From Armatimonadota bacterium (GTDB lineage Bacteria > Armatimonadota > SYMT01), in assembly GCA_046292385.1 (NCBI GenBank), contig JBKBRF010000030.1:12063-76062 (forward strand): DNA of 64,000 nt, written 5' to 3'. The first letter of the stretch is position 1; the number at the start of each line of letters is the position of its first letter. The position numbers and the translations under genes are program-made. The notes under the pieces are model-generated. The model was given only the letters and a program-made list of their open reading frames with translations, searched no databases and was not told the DNA's origin. Below, in pieces: positions 59,108 to 64,000 of this stretch.

Positions 59108-60211
59108 CTACCGCGTAGCCAGGTACTCCTCGGAGAGGGCGAAGCGCAGCAGCTCCCGCAGGCGCTCGGCCAGCTCCCGCTCGCGGCTCTGGGCAGTGGT
59201 GAGCAGCGGGCGGGCGCCGCGCAGGACGTGCGTGTCGGCGTCGACCAGCGGCGAGAAGCGGAGCAGCCCCTCGCAGGCGGCGGAGACGCTGCCCGCCTGA
59301 AGCAGGCCGCCGCGGTCGGCGGAGAGCTCCACGCCCTGGATCCAGGAGCGGACCCACGCGTGGACCGCCTCCGGCAGCACCGTCTCCTGGCCGTGCTCCG
59401 GGAGGAGATCGCCGAGCGTGTTCGCCATCCGCTGGCCCGCCGACTGCTGCGGGAGCCGCTCGCCGACGCGCCGCACCGCCTCGTTGGCGCGGGTCCAGCC
59501 GACCACCTTCGACGCGAGCTTCACCGGATGGCGGACCAGGAACGGCAGCTCGTCCAGCACCATCGCCTCCAGCACGTCCGGGCTGAGCTGCAGCAGCGCC
59601 GCGTGCCCGCCCCGCAGGTGCTCCAGGCAGCGGCCGATCCCGAACCGGACCGCCGGGGCAGGGAGCGGGGACCGCTCTTCCAGCGCGACGAAGTCCCGGT
59701 GTACGCAGAGGAACGGAGAGCGGTCGAGCAGCACCGCGAAGAGCCGCTCCTCGCCCCGCGCGACCCGCACCGCCGGCGGCTCCATCTCCGCCGTGGCCGC
59801 GCACTGCGCCAGCAGCCGGCAGAAGCCGGGGTAGGCGGGTGGGGTCGCCGCTTCCGTGACCCGCGCCACCGCCCGCGCCATGTCGGAGCCGCGGAACAGG
59901 TGGAGAATCTTGCTCAGGACCGAGGCAAGCTGGTGCTGCCGCTCCCGCTTCTCCCGCGGGTGCACCACGAGCTGCTCCCGGAGCGTGCCCCCGAGCCGCG
60001 CCGCCGGCTCCGGCGAGCCGACCGGCTCCCAGCCGCCGCCGTCCAGCACGTTGCAGACCTCTTCCAACGCGTTCAGCACGCCAGGACGCCCGCTCCGCCG
60101 CGCCTCCCCGATTCCACTACGCAGCCGCGCCGCCGCCCCCGGATCGGCGAGCTGCTCGGAGAGCTCGCGGCGGAGCGTGTCGAGCTGGGGAGTAAGGACC
60201 GGCACGGACAT
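59108..60211 (-). CDS. M48-peptidase-like protein lacking HExxH
   Basis: VRFGIGRCLEHLRGGH at the HExxH position, with ELSADRGGLL retained. Confidence 0.6.
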   Translation of the reverse strand: MSVPVLTPQLDTLRRELSEQLADPGAAARLRSGIGEARRSGRPGVLNALEEVCNVLDGGGWEPVGSPEPAARLGGTLREQLVVHPREKRERQHQLASVLSKILHLFRGSDMARAVARVTEAATPPAYPGFCRLLAQCAATAEMEPPAVRVARGEERLFAVLLDRSPFLCVHRDFVALEERSPLPAPAVRFGIGRCLEHLRGGHAALLQLSPDVLEAMVLDELPFLVRHPVKLASKVVGWTRANEAVRRVGERLPQQSAGQRMANTLGDLLPEHGQETVLPEAVHAWVRSWIQGVELSADRGGLLQAGSVSAACEGLLRFSPLVDADTHVLRGARPLLTTAQSRERELAERLRELLRFALSEEYLATR

Positions 60212-60407
60212 GGCTGAGTCTCCGTAGACGCAGGAAGCAGGCAAACGAGTGCAAGAATGTCAGGTCGGTGCACCTCTCTCCGCCCGTCTCCAGTGGATTA
60301 GAGACGCCCCGCGAGTCAATGGTGAGTCTTTGCCCGGAGTTCCTGCCTAGCCACCGGGCGGAGATCCGCTCCCGGTTTTTGTCACTTCCTCGAAGGGGGG
60401 CCACGAG

Positions 60408-60968
60408 TTGGACAAGCTTCTCGAAACTCCGCCTTTCCCGATCCTGATATGGGACGACTTCTGCTGGCGAGGCTCACTCCAACTGAAGTCATGGGCCGGC
60501 TTCCAGTCTCGCCGCGGCCCCTACAATTCGGTCGATTCTCCTGCGGGATCCGACGGCACGGCGAGCCTGACCGTTTTCACCAGCAACGACCAGCCAGTTC
60601 CGCCCACGGTAGAACAGGCTGCGGCCATCCGGTTTCTCTTCGAACACGAGGAGCAAATCCGAGACTCCATCCTTCGAGCCGTCCTGGACGCCTACCCGGA
60701 AATCCGCGAGGATTACGAGGATGCAGGGGAGGAGATGCCCGACATCTCCGTGCCTGACGAGTTGATGCCGCATCTTGGCCTGTCATTCGTTCACTGCCTC
60801 AGGGTCTCGCGGAGCGACATGGTCTATCTTGGGTTCGAGCTCGGCTGCAGTTGGGAACCGGAGCACGGCCTCGGAGTGATGACCCACGGGACGCGGGTTA
60901 TCGAAGTGGGTGGCGCTGACACGTCGTTTCTTGAATGGATCGCTGACACAGACGCAGCAGAGAACTGA
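60408..60968 (+). CDS. DUF6985-like (immunity-type) protein
   Basis: C-terminal YLGFELGCSWEPEHGLGV..HG.RVIEVG motif, acidic composition and lower GC. Confidence 0.65.
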   Translation: MDKLLETPPFPILIWDDFCWRGSLQLKSWAGFQSRRGPYNSVDSPAGSDGTASLTVFTSNDQPVPPTVEQAAAIRFLFEHEEQIRDSILRAVLDAYPEIREDYEDAGEEMPDISVPDELMPHLGLSFVHCLRVSRSDMVYLGFELGCSWEPEHGLGVMTHGTRVIEVGGADTSFLEWIADTDAAEN

Positions 60969-61031
60969 GGTGGGCCGGCTCGTTCCCACCTGGCGGGCGG
61001 CGCGCCTTGTCAGATCAGAGACTCAATTCAG

Positions 61032-61241
61032 ATGACACGTGATACGGACAGCACGGAACTTCCCCCGTTCGACAGCCGAGAACGGAAGGAATCTTCTCCC
61101 CAAGACCGAAGGCGCCCTGTCGGCGAGATCGTGTTGGAGATGGCGCGATCGCATCCGGAGGAGCAGTTGGAAAGGATTCCGCATGATGCGGCAGATAATC
61201 ACGATCACTACCTGTACGGTGGTCCGCGGAGGACGGTTTGA
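61032..61241 (+). CDS. Small antitoxin-like protein
   Basis: Ends ...ERIPHDAADNHDHYLYG.PRR, a motif I associate with antitoxins of PIN (VapC) toxins. Confidence 0.6.
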   Translation: MTRDTDSTELPPFDSRERKESSPQDRRRPVGEIVLEMARSHPEEQLERIPHDAADNHDHYLYGGPRRTV

Positions 61242-62051
61242 ATGCGCGTGTTGATCATGTCCGATATGGAGGGGGTGTCCGGGATCGTGGACTGGCAGCA
61301 GGTCAACGGCGGGGCGGCGATGTACGAGGAGGGGCGGCGGCTCTACACGGAGGAGATCAACGCGGCGATCCGGGGGGCGCGGGCGGCGGGAGCGACGGAG
61401 ATCGTGGCGGTCGACTGCCACGGGGCGGGAGGGCCGTGGACCTTCAACTCGCTGGTGCCGGAGCTGCTCGACCCCGGCTGCGAGTGGGTGGCGCACCATA
61501 CCTGGACGGGCTTTACGGAGCTGCTGGAGCAGGGCTGCGACGCCGCGCTGTTCGTCGGCATGCACGCGATGGCGGGCAGCGAGACCGGCGTGCTCTCCCA
61601 CACCGTCTCCAGCGAGGCGTGGCACAACCTCTGGTTCAACGACGTCCTGGTGGGGGAGACCGGCATCAACGCGGCGCTCTGCGGCCACTGGGGCTGCCCG
61701 GTGCTGCTGGTGACCGGCGACACCGCCACCTGCGACGAAGCCCGCGCGCTCCTGGGCGACAGCCTCACCACCGTCGCCGTGAAGAAGGGGCTCAGCCGCT
61801 TCAGCGCGCGCCAGATCCCACCGGTCCGCGCCCGCCGGATGATCGAGGAGGGCGCCCGCGCCGGGCTGCAGGACCTCCAGGCCGTAAAGCCCTACAACCC
61901 CGGGAAGCCGTGCGAGATCGTGGTCGAGGTGGTGAGCCCGGACAAGCTCGACCGCTTCCGTCGCAAGCCCGGCGTGGAGGTGATCGAGCCCCGCAAACTC
62001 CGCTCCCGCGCCGACGACTGGTGGACCGCCTGGCAGCAGTTCTGGTTCTGA
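61242..62051 (+). CDS. M55 family D-aminopeptidase (DppA-like)
   Basis: Motifs SDMEGVSG, VDCHG, FVGMHA, LSHT, GETGINA, TGD and VAVK. Confidence 0.93.
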   Translation: MRVLIMSDMEGVSGIVDWQQVNGGAAMYEEGRRLYTEEINAAIRGARAAGATEIVAVDCHGAGGPWTFNSLVPELLDPGCEWVAHHTWTGFTELLEQGCDAALFVGMHAMAGSETGVLSHTVSSEAWHNLWFNDVLVGETGINAALCGHWGCPVLLVTGDTATCDEARALLGDSLTTVAVKKGLSRFSARQIPPVRARRMIEEGARAGLQDLQAVKPYNPGKPCEIVVEVVSPDKLDRFRRKPGVEVIEPRKLRSRADDWWTAWQQFWF

Positions 62052-62073
62052 GGACGGGGATTCCGAACCTGAT

Positions 62074-62315
62074 TAACCACGGAGCGCACGGAGATCACAG
62101 AGAATCCGAACCTGGATTCACCGCAGAGGACGCGGAGAGCGCAGAGGGAACGCAGAGGGGGGAACCAGAGAGGGGTTTGGACTGGACCGCCTGTCGAGTA
62201 CCGTACAGCGGCCCCGGAGTATCTCCTTGTGGTTCCTCTCTGCGTCTTTTGCGCTCTCCGCGGTGAATCCCCGTTCGGTTCTCCTCTGTGCCCTCTGTGC
62301 GCTCTGTGGTGAGAC
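62074..62315. repeat. Nested nonamer (CACAGAGAG / CGCAGAGAG-type) inverted-repeat elements
   Basis: Outer arms accacggagcgcacggagatcacagagaa / ctctgtgccctctgtgcgctctgtggt, and inner arms ttcaccgcagaggacgcggagagcgcagagg / cctctctgcgtcttttgcgctctccgcggtgaa. Confidence 0.82.
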
Positions 62316-62324
62316 CACGTTCCA

Positions 62325-63710
62325 TCACTGCCCCGTGCCGCGGCGGCGGAAGGGGCCCCATCTCCGTCTGGTGTCCGGCAGCTCTTCGCCCGCGCCGATC
62401 GCCATGCCGGTGTCGCGCACTTCTACCAGCTCCGCTTCGCTGTAGGGGCGCATCACCGCGGCGGCGGCGAGCATGATGGCGATGGAGGAGAGGGTGAGCA
62501 CCAGGGCCGGGAGCACCGGGAGCATGATGGAGCGGGCCCAGAAGAGCACCCAGCCGAGCAGCAGGTAGCCGGCGAGGATCAGCACCGCCGCGAGCGCCGA
62601 GGGGCCGGGGCGGAAGAGCGGCGCCACGGCTCCCAGCAGCAGGGCCAGGCCAAAAATCGCCCAGGCGCCGACCACGTGCGGAAGCACCAGCGACCGCTGG
62701 TCCAGGAAGCCCTGCGTCATCTGCGCGGTGATCTCCACCCGCGGCATCGTCGTGCCGGTCGGCGTCCGCTGGTAGTCGGAGAGCTCGTCCCCGGGCACGG
62801 TGCTGCCGACGAAGACGATGCGGTCTTTGATCCGCGCCGAGTCGACCTCTCCCTCGATCACGTCCGACATCGAGACGCGCGGAAGGGTCCCTGCCGGGCC
62901 TACGTAGTCGATCGGCACGAAGCCCTGCGCGTCGAGCGGCACCCGGGTAGCGGTCCCGAAGGCGAGCCGCTGCCCGAAACGGTAGTCGAGGCTCTGCTCG
63001 TCGCCTCCCATGGCGGCGACCGCCGTCGAAACCGCCAGGTTCGGGATCACGGCGTAGAAGTTCGTCAGCTTCCCCTGCTCTTCGTCCGCGGGGTAGAGCA
63101 CGCGAGTGAAGTAGGCGGCGCGCGATCTCCGCAGCACGCCGTCGCCATCGCGCGACTGCTCGTCGACCGCCACCCCGGCGGCGTGGGCGGAGTGGATGAA
63201 GTCGGAGGTCGCGGGCGTGAAGTCGAGCCAGTTCCATTCGGGGGTCCGGCCGGTGAGCCCGACCTCCTGCCACTTGACCGAGCGCTCCAGCGCGCGGAGT
63301 CCCCGCAGCTCATCGTCGTCCGGGTTCCGCGTAGCGTCGGCGCGGTGGCGCACCAGCACCAGCGTCCGGCGCGAAGCCTCGATGGCGCGCCAGAGCGCGC
63401 CGTCCGCCGCGCGGCCCTGCCGCTCGTCGAGATCCAGGTCGAGCACGATCCAGGCGGCGCCGGCGTCGGTGAGGCGGCGGACCAGCCGCGCGTAGTCCGC
63501 GTGGCTTGGCTTGCCCAGTTCCTTCAGCGTCTTCGGGTCGCGGGCCACGATCAGCAGGTCCCGGCGCGGCGCGCGGGCGGGGCGGGTGCGGAACCAGAGG
63601 TCGGAGACCACGGTCTCCGGCCCGAACGGCCGCAGGTTGTGCGCCCACACGGCGAGGGGGGTCGCCACCACCAGGATCAGCACCAGAGTGATCCACCGGA
63701 AGGTGTTCAC
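62325..63710 (-). CDS. Stand-alone CHASE2 domain membrane protein
   Basis: N-terminal TM, D..FR.R, A.LVRRL..AGA..I.LD, D.DGVLRR, KDRIVFVG, TP.G.MPRVEI.A and three TM helices. Only a ~35-aa cytoplasmic tail. GTG start at 63710 inferred. Confidence 0.85.
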   Translation of the reverse strand: MNTFRWITLVLILVVATPLAVWAHNLRPFGPETVVSDLWFRTRPARAPRRDLLIVARDPKTLKELGKPSHADYARLVRRLTDAGAAWIVLDLDLDERQGRAADGALWRAIEASRRTLVLVRHRADATRNPDDDELRGLRALERSVKWQEVGLTGRTPEWNWLDFTPATSDFIHSAHAAGVAVDEQSRDGDGVLRRSRAAYFTRVLYPADEEQGKLTNFYAVIPNLAVSTAVAAMGGDEQSLDYRFGQRLAFGTATRVPLDAQGFVPIDYVGPAGTLPRVSMSDVIEGEVDSARIKDRIVFVGSTVPGDELSDYQRTPTGTTMPRVEITAQMTQGFLDQRSLVLPHVVGAWAIFGLALLLGAVAPLFRPGPSALAAVLILAGYLLLGWVLFWARSIMLPVLPALVLTLSSIAIMLAAAAVMRPYSEAELVEVRDTGMAIGAGEELPDTRRRWGPFRRRGTGQ

Positions 63711-63897
63711 TCGTCCTTCGTTGCCGGGTCCGCCCATGTCTCGCGCGCTCCACTTTCTCTCGATTGCCCGCCCGGCGAGGTTTACCCGGGCGGGCAGGCA
63801 GCGGAAACGCAGCACCCGTGTCGTGACGTGCCGGGCGGAATGGCCGTATATCATGTGCGGCGAGCCCCCATTCCCCGCTCGCCTACGGTGATCTGCT

Positions 63898-64000
63898 ATG
63901 CTGCGTCCCACCCATCGCCTCCCGGTTACCGGCCTCGGTCTCACCGCGCTGCTCGCCCTGCCGCTCGCGGCGGAGCCGCCGCGCGACACGGAGATCTCCA
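63898..64000 (+). CDS. Start of a probable secreted protein, 3' truncated by the window edge
   Basis: MLRPTHRLPVTGLGLTALLALPLAAEPPRD looks like a signal peptide and the frame is open to the window end. Confidence 0.5.
   Translation, partial: MLRPTHRLPVTGLGLTALLALPLAAEPPRDTEIS

Overview
A GC-rich bacterial chromosomal segment (about 70% GC by eye). The gene content (PSD1/DUF1501 pair, MoxR/vWA genes, lnt, an LptD-like protein) suggests a diderm such as Armatimonadota or Planctomycetota, which is inference only. It holds about 50 CDS: core genes (lnt, nadB, hom-thrC-purC-apgM-like, rplY), a co-oriented signalling cluster (PAS/GAF histidine kinase, response regulator, hybrid kinase, cNMP-binding metallo-beta-lactamase-fold protein, Crp/Fnr regulator), several hydrolases and peptidases, and orphan immunity- or antitoxin-like genes. 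RNA genes are tRNA-Phe(GAA), tRNA-Thr(CGT) and RNase P RNA. Main observations: (1) a SelW/Rdx selenoprotein (CxxU with SECIS-like hairpin) missed by the ORF track, implying the organism decodes UGA as selenocysteine; (2) an in-frame UGA followed by a SECIS-like hairpin inside a MoxR-adjacent coiled-coil membrane protein, a candidate new selenoprotein family; (3) two copies of a ~550-bp palindromic element with covarying hairpins; (4) several families of short-tandem inverted-repeat elements, one inserted in frame in a protein; (5) a secreted subtilase with Trp-repeat tail paired with a membrane-sensor hybrid kinase; (6) several apparent pseudo-enzymes. No CRISPR array, rRNA, transposase or integrase was seen.
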